A stretch of 64,000 nt of DNA from an uncultured delta proteobacterium (GCA_963847445.1 CAWJZV010000030.1:1-64000), one strand, 5' to 3'; positions 42,831 to 53,808 are shown, numbered from the stretch's first letter. Numbers and translations are program-made. The notes: generated from the sequence alone by a model not told the origin.

Positions 42831-45247
42831 GCAACCGTTCACGCAGCAAAGAAGGGCCGCGCCATGTCACCGGCCGCGGTCTTTTCACCGATGATTTCAC
42901 AATTGCCCGGCATGCTCCAGGCGATGATTCTGCGCAGTCCGCACGCCCATGCGAAAATACTTTCCGTCGATGCCTCGGAAGCGCTCAACCAGCCCAACGT
43001 GTTTGCCGTGGTCACCCCCGACGATGTCAAAAAACTGACCAAGCCCTTCAAGCCCGGCCGCTATGCCGCCGGTTTGAAAAGACCAATTGACGAGTACGCC
43101 GGCGCCGTCGACAAGGTCCGCTATGTCGGCGAGCCCATCGGCGCGGTGGCGGCATGGGATCGCGGCACGGCGGAAGATGCTCTCGAATTGATCCAAGTCG
43201 ACTACGAGCCGCTGCGCCCCAACGTCGACGTGCACGAAGCGATCAAGCCGTCGTCGGCGGCTTTATTCGACGAGCTCGGCACCAATCTGGCCTGGACCGG
43301 TTCGCTGCAATACGGCGACATCGACGCTGCGTTCAAGTCCGCCGATCGCGTCGTCACCGAGAAATCTGAAAATTCATCGCTACAGCTCGACGCCGTTGGA
43401 ACCCTTCAACGTCATCGCCTCCTTTGACGCCGCGAGCAAACGCTTGACCGTGTGGGTGACGGCGCAGGTGCCGGAAGTGATTTACGACGGCCTGCGCGAA
43501 GCGCTTGGGGCTGCAAGACGTTCGCGTGATCATTCCCGATGTCGGCGGCGGCTTCGGCCAGAAGATTCATTTGATTCGCAAATACGTCGTGCTGGTGTCG
43601 CTCTTGGCGATGAAAACCGGCCGGCCGGTGAAATGGATCGAGGACCGCACCGAGCACATGATGGCCGGCGGCCATGCCTGCGCTCAGGAAGTCGAAGCCG
43701 AAGCGGCGGTGAAGAACGACGGCACGGTGCTCGGTCTCAAATTCAAAGAATATGATGACGTCGGCGGCTCGATCAGCACGCTGACGATTCACTTCACCAA
43801 CAAGCTCAACAATCTGTCGAACACCTACAAGACGCCGGCCATCTACATGGAAGGCAATGCGGTGGTGACCAACAAGTGCCCGGTCATTCCCAACCGCGGC
43901 ATCGGCAAGCCGGGCATGTGCTTCATCTGGGAACGGATGATGGACCGGGTGGCCCAGGCGCTGAACTTGAGCCCCATCGAAGTGCGCCGGAAAAATCTCA
44001 TCCAGGCCAACGAGATGCCCTACACGCACCATCAGCGGCAACGTCTACGACAGCGGCGATTACCCCGGCCTGCTGAAAACGCTTTTGGAGAAAATCGACT
44101 ACGACAAGCTGCGCGAAGAGCAGAAAACAAGCGCGCGAACAAGGCAAGCTGATCGGCATCGGCATCGTCATCGGCGTCGAGCCCGGCGGGCGCAATGCGG
44201 CGCGCGACATGGCGATCTTTCCCGAGATGAAAGAACCGCCCGGCTCCGGCGGCGTCAACGGCGCGAAAATTAAACTGGAGAAAAACGGCACGCTGTCGCT
44301 CCACTTGGGCTCGCCCAACTGCGGCCAGGCGCATGAGACGACGACGGCGCAGGTCGCCGCCGATATTCTCGGTTCGACGCCGGATAAGATTCAGCACCAG
44401 CATCCCCTTCGACAGCGATCTGTCGTCCTGGGGCGTGGCCGCGGCCAATAGCGGCAATAACTTTCACTTATACGATATCGGCGCGATCCACGGCGCAGCG
44501 ACCAAGCTGCGCGAGAAGATTCTCAAGCTCGCCGCTTTCAATCTCAAAGCCGAACCGTCCGAACTGATCATTGAAGACAGCGTCGTGAAAGTCCCCGGCG
44601 CGGCGGCGAAACAAATCACCTTCGCCGAGTTGGGCCGCATCGCCTACAACAACCAGCATCTGATCCCCGACGACATGGAACCGGGGCTAGAGGCGACCTT
44701 CTACTACATGTTTCCCCACGCCAAACCGAACATCGTGCCCGGCGCCGACCGCAAGGTGCGCGCGCAGTTTACCTTTTCCGCCGGCGCCCATGCGGCCATC
44801 GTCGAAGTCGACAAGAACACCGGCGCGGTGCATGTGCTGCGCTATTTGATCGTCGGCGACAACGGCACGGTGATCAATCCCGATGTCGTCAACGGCCAGG
44901 TTTACGGCTCGGCGGCCCACGGCATCGCCGTCGCCCTGGGCGAGGGTTTCATGTACAGCCCCGAGGGCCAGCCGCTGACGATCACCTATCTCGACTACGG
45001 CAAATGCTCGACGGCGGAGACGCCGCGCGTCGAAGTCATCCATCAGCCCTCGCCGTCGCCGTTCACCTCGCTGGGCCAGAAAGCCGCCGGCGAAGGCGCG
45101 GCGATCCCCTCGCCCGCCGCCATCGCCAGCGCCGTCGAGGATGCCTTGCAGCCCTACGGCGTGAAAGTTTGCGAGTTGCCGATCACACCCGAAGCGGTGT
45201 GGCGCTTGATCAATCACAATCCGGAAAAAGAGCGGAGGACTTTCTAG
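42815..45247 (+). CDS. CoxL-like molybdopterin hydroxylase large subunit (several frameshifts)
   Basis: [39 protein letters not shown]. Confidence 0.85.
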
Positions 45248-45249
45248 TC

Positions 45250-46110
45250 ATGATTCCCGGCTCTTTCGAATACTTTGCGCCCCGTTCTCTCGACCGATGC
45301 GGTAAAGTTCCTGGCGGATCATCGCGACGATGTAAAAATTCTCTCCGGCGGGCAGAGCTTGCTGCCGCTGATGAAGATGCGCTTGTCAAAGCCCGCCTAC
45401 ATCGTCGACATCGGCCGCATCCCCGGCTTGGATACGATCAGCGAAGACGGCAACAATCTCATCATCGGCGCGCTGGTCACCCACGAACAGATCGAATATT
45501 CCGACCTGCTCAAGGTTAAATGCCCGCTGCTGCCGCAAACCGCCACGACCATCGCCGACGTGCAGGTGCGCAACCGCGGCACCATCGGCGGCAGCATCGC
45601 CCACGCCGATCCGGCCGGCGATTGGCCGGCTGCGGTCATCGCCCTTGACGCCGAGATTCGCGTCTTCGGTCCCAGCGGCGAGCGTTGGGTCAAGTGTGAC
45701 GACTTCTTTCTCGGCTTGCTTGATGAGTGTGCTCGGAACCGGATGAGATCGTCACTGGAATCAAAGTGCCGGTGACCGGCAGCGACAAGACCGCCTATCA
45801 GAAAGCCGCGCCACGCTCTTCCGGCTTCGCCGTCACCGGCGTCGCCGTGCGTTTGGCGGTCGATGCCGCCGGCACATGCAGCCGCGCGGCCATCGGCATC
45901 ACCGGCGTCGGCGACAAGGCTTACCGCCCCGAGCGCACCGAGCAGATGTTAACCGGCAAGAAGCTCGACGCGAAATTGATCGAGGACGCGGCCGCCGAGT
46001 CGACGCGCAATATCGAAGTCATCGAAGACATCAACGGCTCGTCGGAATACCGCGCCCATCTGACTCATGTCTACGTCGTTCGCGCGATACAAGAAGCATT
46101 GAGCCGATAG
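45250..46110 (+). CDS. FAD-binding medium subunit (frameshifted)
   Basis: SGGQSLLP, QVRNRGTIGGSIAHADP, DINGSSEYR. Confidence 0.88.
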
Positions 46111-46163
46111 CGGCAACCTACGGCAATTGATGTGGAGGCGCAGCATGCTGCGCCCTGGCCTTT

Positions 46164-47048
46164 TCACATAACCTGGCGGCGCAGGTAGGCGCTGATGTAA
46201 TCGACAATCGTCACCAAAATGTAAATCGCTATGATTAAGGTCAGCAACTGCTGCTCAAAAAATAAGCTGATGGCGATATGGATGCGCTGGCCTAAACCGC
46301 CGGCGCCAACCAGCCCCAACACCGCGGCCATGCGAATGTTAACTTCCCAGCGATAAAGCGTGTAGGAAATAAACTGCGGCAGCACCTGCGGCACGATGCC
46401 GTAGAATAATATTTGCAACCGATTCGCCCCGGTGGCTTGGAGCGCTTCGATGGGCTGGGAATCGACGTTTTCCAGCACTTCACCGAAGAGTTTGCCAAGC
46501 ACGCCGCCGGTGTGAACGCCGAGGGCGAGGACCCCCGGAAACGGCCCGAGGCCGACGAGAAATACAAAGATCAACGCCCACACCATCTCCGGCACCGTGC
46601 GCAGTATATTGAGCAGGCTCTTCGCCGCGAGATAGGGCACGATGCGCGCCTTGCGCCGCCAACCCTGTTTGGGCTCCATCTCATAGAGCAAACCGGAAAA
46701 TATTAAGTTGCGCGAAGCGAAAAATACCACTGACAGCGCGATGGCCACGGCCAGGAGCGTTCCCATGAAGGAAATCGCGAAGGTCTCAATGCTCCCCTTC
46801 ATCGCCTCGTGCAAGACGTTGGGCGAAAGATCCGGTGGCAGCAATTTTTTTATGTAGATGAGGATCTGTCCGAAGCTGTCGGCGCTGAAGAGCTGCGCCA
46901 GATCGATGCCCGCGCCGCGATAGCTCCAGATAAGAAAGGCGCCAAAGGCCAAACCGATGGCAGCGTTCTTCCATGTCGAGGGCGTGGCAGCACGGGCGCG
47001 GGTCGGCGGAATCGTCTCACAAGCGTTCGGCAGCGGCGACGGGCTCAT
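46164..47048 (-). CDS. phnE: PhnE/PtxC family ABC permease
   Basis: RTVPEMVWA, YRWEVNIR, LGLVGAGGLG. Confidence 0.88.
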   Translation of the reverse strand: MSPSPLPNACETIPPTRARAATPSTWKNAAIGLAFGAFLIWSYRGAGIDLAQLFSADSFGQILIYIKKLLPPDLSPNVLHEAMKGSIETFAISFMGTLLAVAIALSVVFFASRNLIFSGLLYEMEPKQGWRRKARIVPYLAAKSLLNILRTVPEMVWALIFVFLVGLGPFPGVLALGVHTGGVLGKLFGEVLENVDSQPIEALQATGANRLQILFYGIVPQVLPQFISYTLYRWEVNIRMAAVLGLVGAGGLGQRIHIAISLFFEQQLLTLIIAIYILVTIVDYISAYLRRQVM

Positions 47049-47899
47049 AGCATGGCACGCACTTTCGCGCTCAAGTAATCCACTGCGGCAACCATCAGAA
47101 ACAACATGATCAAGATCGTCAGCACTTCATTGAAATTGAACATGCGCATGGAGATTTCGATCTGCTGGCCCAAGCCGCCGGCGCCGACCAAGCCTAAAAT
47201 TGCCGAGGCGCGCACAGCGCACTCCCAGCGATACAGCGTATAGGAAACGAAATTGGGCAGCGCCTGGGGAAACCAGCCATAGAAAAACACCTGCAGCTTA
47301 TTTGCCCCGGTGGCCTGCAACGCTTCCAGAGGCCGGGAATTCACCGACTCGAAGATCTCTGAATAGACTTTGCCGAGCATGCCGCCGTAGGCGACCCCGA
47401 TGGCGAGCACGCCGGGAAACGGCCCCAAGCCGACGGCGCGAACGAACATGAAGGCCCAGACGAATTCCGGTATTGAGCGGAATAGACTCAGCAAGCCGCG
47501 CGCGACCAGATAGATGCCCTGACGTAGACCCCGGCGTAGGGGCGCGCCTTGGAGCTCGGCATCGTTGAGGATGCCGCCGACGACCAGCGTATGGGTGCCC
47601 AACAGTCCGAGTGGAAAACCGATCAGAACCGCGATCGCCGTGCCCCAGATAGAGATTTGAATAGTCTCTAAAGCCGGACGCAGCATCAAGGATAGAAAAT
47701 TCCACGAGACCTCCGGCGGAAACATGCCGGTAAGAAATTTCCCCAACGACGCGCGCCCGCGGTTGGAAAAAAACAGCTCCGGCTCGATCCCCGCCCTTCT
47801 CCAACTGTCGACGAATACTATTACGAAGAGAGCCGCGAAAAGATAGGGAAAGTAGGCTTTAGCTGAGCGAAGGGTAAGCGATGGGCTCGATGGTTTCAC
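47045..47899 (-). CDS. phnE: PhnE/PtxC family ABC permease
   Basis: RSIPEFVWA, YRWECAVRAS, LGLVGAGGLG. Confidence 0.88.
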   Translation of the reverse strand: MKPSSPSLTLRSAKAYFPYLFAALFVIVFVDSWRRAGIEPELFFSNRGRASLGKFLTGMFPPEVSWNFLSLMLRPALETIQISIWGTAIAVLIGFPLGLLGTHTLVVGGILNDAELQGAPLRRGLRQGIYLVARGLLSLFRSIPEFVWAFMFVRAVGLGPFPGVLAIGVAYGGMLGKVYSEIFESVNSRPLEALQATGANKLQVFFYGWFPQALPNFVSYTLYRWECAVRASAILGLVGAGGLGQQIEISMRMFNFNEVLTILIMLFLMVAAVDYLSAKVRAML

Positions 47900-48683
47900 G
47901 CGCGGTCTCGGTCACGGCAGGGTCGCGAAAATTGCCGGAGTACAAATCCTCTAACATATCCTCGCCGATCTTGTCAGGGGACAGATCGAAAGTTACCCGG
48001 CCCTGCTTGATGCCAACGACGCGAGGGAAATAGGCGAGCGCGAGGTCGACACTGTGCAGGCTGACCAGCAAAGTCTTGCGCGTGTTTTGGCTGATATCGA
48101 CCAACAGCCGAACAATCGACGAAGCCAGGGTGGGGTCGACGGATGAAACCGGCTCATCGGCAAGAATAACTTCAGGGTCCTGCACCAAGACACGGGCGAT
48201 CGCGACTCGCTGCTGTTGGCCGCCGGAGAGCTCATCGGTACGCTCAAAAATCTTCTCGGGGATTTCCACTTGGCTGAGCGCGCTGTGGACAAGTTCGACA
48301 TCGGCTGGCTTGCACAAAGACAAGAGCGACCGCAGCGTCGGCCAGCGGCCCAATTGGCCGGCTAGGACGTTATGAATCACGCGCAGGCGCGGCACTAGAT
48401 TATGCTGTTGGTAAACGCTGCCGATGCGGCGCCGCACATGGCGTAAACGCTGGCCATGCAATAAGTCAATATCTTCGCCGTCAATATAAAGTTTTCCCGA
48501 AGTCGGCCGGAGCGTGCAGTTGAGCAGACGAAACAGCGTGGTCTTGCCGGCGCCGCTGGGACCGATCAGGGCGACTTTCTCGCCCTGATCGATCTTTAGA
48601 TCGATGCCGTCGAGCGCCACCTGAAGGCGGCCAAACTCCTTGCGTACGGATTCGAGTTGATATTGCCGGGCCGGGGTGTTCAC
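47859..48683 (-). CDS. phnC: PhnC-like ABC ATP-binding protein
   Basis: GPSGAGKTT, LSGGQQQRVAIAR, LADEPVSSVDP. Confidence 0.9.
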   Translation of the reverse strand: MNTPARQYQLESVRKEFGRLQVALDGIDLKIDQGEKVALIGPSGAGKTTLFRLLNCTLRPTSGKLYIDGEDIDLLHGQRLRHVRRRIGSVYQQHNLVPRLRVIHNVLAGQLGRWPTLRSLLSLCKPADVELVHSALSQVEIPEKIFERTDELSGGQQQRVAIARVLVQDPEVILADEPVSSVDPTLASSIVRLLVDISQNTRKTLLVSLHSVDLALAYFPRVVGIKQGRVTFDLSPDKIGEDMLEDLYSGNFRDPAVTETARETIEPIAYPSLS

Positions 48684-48688
48684 GCGAT

Positions 48689-49546
48689 TTACTTGAACAG
48701 GCCAGCCGCCACCGCCGCCTCTTCGATGCCCTTCCAGTCCGCATCCTTGGCGACGATGTAGCCCTTGGTGCGGTGCAGGTCGAGAAGCTTTTTGTCGTCG
48801 GGTTTGTTGTAGTCGAGTTTGAGAAACGCTTTGGTGATTTTTTCGACCGTAGCCTTGTCGACACCGGCGCGCACGGTCCAGACGTAATCGACATAAGGCG
48901 GCGTGGTCCAGAAAATATTCACCTTGCTGGTATCGACCTTTTTGGTTTCGACGAGCTTATCCCAAACCAAGAAATTCAACGCGCCGGCATCCACCTGGCC
49001 GGATTCGACCCAAGCGGCAGTCGCATCGTGGGCACCGCTAAAGCTGAACTTGGAAAAATCTTTTTCCGGGTTGACGCCGCCTTTGATCAAGAAGTAGCGC
49101 GGCATCAGATGCCCGGAAGTGGAACTGACGCTGCCGAATGCAAAGGTTTTGCCCTTTAAATCTTTCAGACCTTTGATGCCCGTGTCCTTTCGGGTGATAA
49201 AGTGGCTCTTAAACTCGGCGTCCTCTTTGCGCATGATGACACGGTGCGCGCCTTTGGCCTGCTTGGCAGCTTGCACAGACGTCAAGCCGCCGTACCAAAC
49301 CATTTCCAGGCGATTGGCGGCGAGACCTTCAACCGTCGCGGCGTAATCGACCACGGGAGTGAATTTGACTGGAATGCCGATCTCCTTGGTCAAATAATCG
49401 GCAAACGGCGCATAGATGCGCAGCATCTCCTGCGGGTTTTCATCGGGAATCGCCGATATTCGTAATTCCTTCAACCCCTGGGCTTGCGTGCTAGCCCAAC
49501 CCAAAGAGATTGCCAGAGCCGCCGCAAAAAATACTACTCGCTTCAT
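48689..49546 (-). CDS. PhnD-fold binding protein, putative selenate ABC transporter subfamily
   Basis: SAIPDE, WYGGLTSVQA, GSVSSTSGHLMPR, FSGAHDAT, TTPPYVDYVWTVR recalled as typical of the putative selenate subfamily. Confidence 0.75.
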   Translation of the reverse strand: MKRVVFFAAALAISLGWASTQAQGLKELRISAIPDENPQEMLRIYAPFADYLTKEIGIPVKFTPVVDYAATVEGLAANRLEMVWYGGLTSVQAAKQAKGAHRVIMRKEDAEFKSHFITRKDTGIKGLKDLKGKTFAFGSVSSTSGHLMPRYFLIKGGVNPEKDFSKFSFSGAHDATAAWVESGQVDAGALNFLVWDKLVETKKVDTSKVNIFWTTPPYVDYVWTVRAGVDKATVEKITKAFLKLDYNKPDDKKLLDLHRTKGYIVAKDADWKGIEEAAVAAGLFK

Positions 49547-49594
49547 GATCTCCCCCTTATAAATATCGCTCACAATCGTGACCCATGTTAGATA

Positions 49595-49631
49595 ACAGAG
49601 ACAGCCTATAAGTCAAATCGATTTTATCTAT
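49595..49631. promoter_or_regulatory. Paired LysR-type boxes upstream of the transporter
   Basis: ACAG-N7-CTAT (49595..49609) and ATCG-N7-CTAT (49617..49631), 22 bp apart. Confidence 0.55.
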
Positions 49632-49713
49632 CGGTGCCGAGCGAACAAAGGCAGCGGCTACGCTCCCGTGCAATAGCCGGTTGCCCAGGACGTGCAAGCC
49701 GTCCGGCGGCGCG

Positions 49714-50185
49714 CTAACTTTGCGCTTTCAGAAAATCCATCACGGCTTCAGGATGCTCCTCGGCCTTTTTAACAGTCGTCCAGTGCTTGATCACGTCGCC
49801 TTTGGGATCGATCACGACCGTGGAACGGATCGTGCCCTGCACCTCTTTGCCGTACATCATCTTCTTGCCGAAGGCGCCGTATTTTTTCATCACCTCGGTC
49901 TTGGGATCTGAAAGCAATATGAAGGGCAATTTATAACTTCTCGACGAACTTGTTGTGGGACTCGATGCTATCCTTACTGACACCGAGAACGACCGTTCCG
50001 GATTTCTTCAATGCAGCATTCAAATCGCGAAATCCGCAGGCTTCTTTGGTGCAACCGGGCGTGTTGTCCTTTGGATAAAAATAAATCACCACGGTTTTGC
50101 CTTTGTAGTCGTCCAGTGAATGCGTCTTGCCATCGTTGCCTTCCAGGCTAAATGCCGGCGCTTTCTTGCCTTCTAAACTTGCCAT
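49714..50185 (-). CDS. bcp: Peroxiredoxin BCP/PrxQ, Cys form (1-nt frameshift near 49934)
   Basis: [18 protein letters not shown]; Cys45 TGC at 50051..50053. Confidence 0.9.
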
Positions 50186-50252
50186 CGGTTTATTCCTCCT
50201 AGACTTGTCGAACGGATATTCAAAACGCTGATGAATTATTTAGCACCGCCGG

Positions 50253-51053
50253 TCAAACTAACGAAACCCGCTCGGCCTTGTGCGCCATCGCGCGTATCGG
50301 ATCGTAGTCGTGATCATCGGCGGCGGTAAAACGCAACCATCGGCCATCCGCGAGGACCTTGCGGCCAGCGGGATCGAGATGCATCTCGACGAGCAACTGG
50401 CGCAGCGCCTGCCGTTGGGATGCCGCAACCTGGCGCGAGATCACCCAGGGCGGAATCGGACTCGGCCCGATGGTGTCGATCACGCGAATTTCATCCGCTA
50501 GATCATTTCGCTGGCCGCCGAGCCACTCCAACACGGTGCTGTCGATGGCCGCGCCGTCGACGGCTCCCGATAAGATCATTTGCAACGACTTGGTATGGGC
50601 GCCGGCTTCCACCGCCGCGGCAAAAAAATTATCGATTTCACCGAGATCGAAGAGATGCGCGCGCACGACGTTGAAACCGGAATGGGAACGCGGCTCGTTG
50701 TAAGCCCAGGTCGCGCCACGGAGGTCACGGAAAGATCGGCAAGCGCTGTCCCGCCGCACCACCACATCGGAGAAATACACCGGTCTGGATCCGTAGCGCT
50801 CTCCCACCGGTATCGGCACGGCGAGCAACTCCATACTGCTCTCGGCAAGGTCGGCCTTGTGGACGTAGGGTAATCCACAGAGCCAAAGCACTTGAATCTC
50901 GCCGCGATCGAAGAGCGCTTCACGCTCCTGCCAGGGCATGCCGGTCACATACTCCGTCGGGACATTGAGCTTCCCTTGCAGATACCCGGCGATAGCTCGA
51001 CAGAAATCTTCGGTGTTCTCCGCCATGCAGGAAGCGAGCTTTAAAGGATTCAT
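50253..51053 (-). CDS. PhnD/SsuA/transferrin-family binding protein without signal peptide
   Basis: WLCGLPY, YFSDVVV, YNEPRSHSG, GAHTKS, GPSPIPP. Confidence 0.8.
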   Translation of the reverse strand: MNPLKLASCMAENTEDFCRAIAGYLQGKLNVPTEYVTGMPWQEREALFDRGEIQVLWLCGLPYVHKADLAESSMELLAVPIPVGERYGSRPVYFSDVVVRRDSACRSFRDLRGATWAYNEPRSHSGFNVVRAHLFDLGEIDNFFAAAVEAGAHTKSLQMILSGAVDGAAIDSTVLEWLGGQRNDLADEIRVIDTIGPSPIPPWVISRQVAASQRQALRQLLVEMHLDPAGRKVLADGRWLRFTAADDHDYDPIRAMAHKAERVSLV

Positions 51054-51066
51054 CGAGGCGGAACTG

Positions 51067-51348
51067 CTACTCGCTGACCGTCACGCCACGCCAAAAGGCA
51101 ACGTAGTTTTTAATCGAGCCCGCCGCCTCTTTGGGTTCTGGATAAAACCAAGCGGCATCTTGGTTGACCTGGTCGCCCACCTTGACGTGATAGTAACTGG
51201 CCAGCCCTTTCCAGGGACAAGTGCTGTGGGTGTCGCTCGGCGCGAAGCAATCTTTCTTGATCGATTCCGGCGGAAAGTAATGGTTGCCTTCGACGACGAT
51301 GGTTTCGTTTGATTCGGCGACAACCGTATTCTTCCAAACTGCTTTCAT
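51067..51348 (-). CDS. DUF427 domain protein
   Basis: VVEGNHYFPP, STCPWKGLASYY, AAWFYPEPK. Confidence 0.9.
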   Translation of the reverse strand: MKAVWKNTVVAESNETIVVEGNHYFPPESIKKDCFAPSDTHSTCPWKGLASYYHVKVGDQVNQDAAWFYPEPKEAAGSIKNYVAFWRGVTVSE

Positions 51349-51374
51349 GATCAATCCTTTCGATTTACTACGGG

Positions 51375-52736
51375 TCAGTCAGTGACGCAGCGAAACTTGG
51401 CGAACACATAGGGATAGTGCGCTTGATACCAATTGCGAAAACTTGGCCGCAGCAGTGCCGCATCGGTGGCCCAGGACGCGCCTTTGACGACAAAATGTTT
51501 GCCGTCGAAAAAATCCTTGGAATAGTCGGGATAGGTCGTCATGTAGGGCGTGAACCCCGGCAGCGGTGCAAACGGTGTATCGGTCAGCTCCCAACCATTG
51601 CCGACCAGCTCTTGAACTCCCCAGCGGCTAGCACCCGCGGGATGTGAACCGACCGGCTGCGGCGACCATGCGCCAAAGTTGAAGTTGCCATGGCGGGCCG
51701 CAGGCTCGGCATCGCCCCAAGGATACGCCGACTCCCGTTCGTCTGGACCGTAGTAGGCGGCGCGCTGATATTCGGCCTCGGTCGGCAAGCGCTTGCCGCG
51801 CCACGCGGCATAGGCACGCGCTTCAGCCAGACTTACGTAGACCGGCCAACTGGCAACTTGCTCCAGCGGAAATTGGTCGAACATCGCACGGTATGACCAG
51901 GTGTCATCCTGTTTGAACCAACCGGTCGGATGTTGTTTCTTCTCAAGTTCTTTCCAGTGCCAATCATCCTCGCGCCAGTAGCGGCGCGCCGCGTAGCCAC
52001 CGGAAAGAACAAACTCGAGATATTCGCCATTGGTAACCGGCAAAGAGTCCATCGCGAAGCCTGCGACATCAACCGTGATCTCGGAGAACTCATTGTCCCA
52101 GCCAAAAGTGATATCTTCTAATCGCGCCCCCAACCGGGCTCTGCCTGGGGGAATGCGAATACTCTCCGCTCTTGCGGCGCGCCCGAATGCGTAACGGGCA
52201 AGACTCGCGCGGCCGAACTTTATCGCCGGGCGCCATCTGCTGCATCATGTAGAGCAAGGTCTCTTGATGCATGTATTCATGCTCCAAGATCAGCTCAAAG
52301 ACGCGCCCGCCTTGGGCCAACAGATCGGTAGAACGGCAATAGCCGAGCGCATCAGTCGACTCTAAGAGAGAGCGCCGGACTTTGTCACGATACTCGAGGG
52401 TCTCACCAAGGCTGGGCCATTGATCCGGTACTTCCGGGTGCCAGTGGCATTCGCCGGTGTCGACGTCGGGATCGATGCCGCGGCAGAACAGATCGTCAAA
52501 ATAAGCATTGAACAGACGGCCAGTGCAGAATGCCGCCGCAAACCTGGTTCCAGGAAAACGCCGGCAAATGACCGATATAAAAAATAAACGGATGACGCCA
52601 AACGATCGGCTTGGTCAAACGTTTGGCCGGTGCCAACGATGGCGAAAATCTTGTCTGAACGCGCCCAGGCATCGACCAACCTGTCACGCAACTGCTCGGC
52701 AGCGCTCGGACCGCGGCTCTTTAACGGCAGTGCCAT
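51375..52736 (-). CDS. DinB + FGE-sulfatase non-heme iron sulfoxide synthase (EgtB/Egt1/OvoA/SenA superfamily), frameshifted
   Basis: RHPFIFYIGHLPAF, FCRGIDPDVDTGECHWHPEVPDQWP, EHEYMHQETLLYM iron-ligand motif, KRLPTEAEY, RPSFRNWYQ. Confidence 0.85.
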
Positions 52737-52753
52737 AACTCGGTACCTCCATT

Positions 52754-52785
52754 AATTAGCTATATACTAAATAGGAATTAGCTAT
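52754..52785. promoter_or_regulatory. LysR-type box upstream of sulfoxide synthase
   Basis: ATAG-N7-CTAT at 52771..52785; AATTAGCTAT repeated 22 bp apart. Confidence 0.6.
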
Positions 52786-52829
52786 GTAAGACCGCGGAGG
52801 TAAAATTTCGATGAAAAAAATGCCGCAGA

Positions 52830-53742
52830 TTATCGGTGTTTGAGAAAATCGCGGAAAGCTTGGGCGATGGGATGGAACGGCCGGCGGCTATGAAAGACTT
52901 GGTAGAAGTTGCGTTCGAGTTTCAGGCCACGGATCGGCACTTCGACGATGCTGCCTTGATCGAGCTCATGGCGAATCGAGATGCGCGATAAAATCGAAAA
53001 GCCGTAACCGGCCATCAGGGCTCCCTTGACGGCTTCCGTGCTGCCAAGCTCCATGGTGATGTTCAAAAGGTCGTGGGCGGGCGGTTTGCGTTTGACCGAG
53101 CAATTGCCGGATGGAATCCAACGTCCCCGAGCCATGTTCGCGTGAAATGAATCGTTCACTGCGCAGGTCCGCGACTTCGATCGCTTTACAGCGGCTCCAT
53201 GGATGGCCTTTGGGCACGGCGACGACCATTTCGTCATCCCAAATCTTTTCGAAACTAAGTCTAGGATCGTCGCCTTTGAAGCCGACGAAGCCGATCTCGA
53301 CCTTGCCATCCAAGAGATCGGCGACCACACCGGCGGAATCGCCAATGCGCAGGATCGGTTTTACCTGGGGAAACTTTTTGATGAACTCGCCGAGCTTTTG
53401 CGGCAGGAGATATTCGCCGGGAATGCTGCTGCCGCCGACCCAAAGCTCGCCGCTGAGAGTGCCGTGAAATTGCTCCACCGCGGCGACGGTTTCGCGTTTG
53501 AAGGCGAGTAGATTCTTCGCCCGTTCGGCGAGCATGAGGCCCAACGGCGTCAGACTGATCTTGCCCGGCATGCGGTAGAGCAGTTTGCCACCCACCGCTT
53601 CTTCGAGCTCTTGGACATGAGCGCTGATGGTGGGCTGGCGCAGCGAGAGCAGCTCGGCAGCCTGAGAAAAACTCTTATGTTCAGCGACCCAGTAGAAAAT
53701 TTCTAATTTGTGGAGATCGAGGTCGGCTTTGATTTTCGCCAT
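52830..53742 (-). CDS. LysR family regulator (CysL/CmpR-like, resembles selenium-metabolism-associated LysR), frameshift near 53090
   Basis: HTH SFSQAAELLSLRQPTISAHVQELE; GSSIPGEYLLP, REHGSGT, ELGSTEAVK. Confidence 0.85.
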
Positions 53743-53762
53743 GGAACAGGAAAAGCTTTGTC

Positions 53763-53808
53763 GCTGAGGGAGCGCGCCATTACAAACAATCGGCCGCGCT
53801 CCCTCAGC
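53763..53808. other. 14-bp perfect hairpin between Sec-peroxiredoxin and LysR
   Basis: GCTGAGGGAGCGCG...CGCGCTCCCTCAGC. Confidence 0.7.

Noticed and set aside
42815-45247. Aerobic CO dehydrogenase CoxL
   Set aside because: Lacks the AYRCSFR or AYRGAGR active-site loop
46164-49546. Phosphonate/phosphite utilisation operon
   Set aside because: No C-P lyase genes or ptxD in the window; context favours another oxyanion, though this is not excluded
49925-49940. Programmed frameshift in the Cys peroxiredoxin
   Set aside because: A single extra T without a slippery sequence, in a window full of similar indels
51375-52736. Naming the synthase senA or ovoA
   Set aside because: No senB/selD adjacent, no OvoA C-terminal methyltransferase domain, and motifs look closer to Egt1
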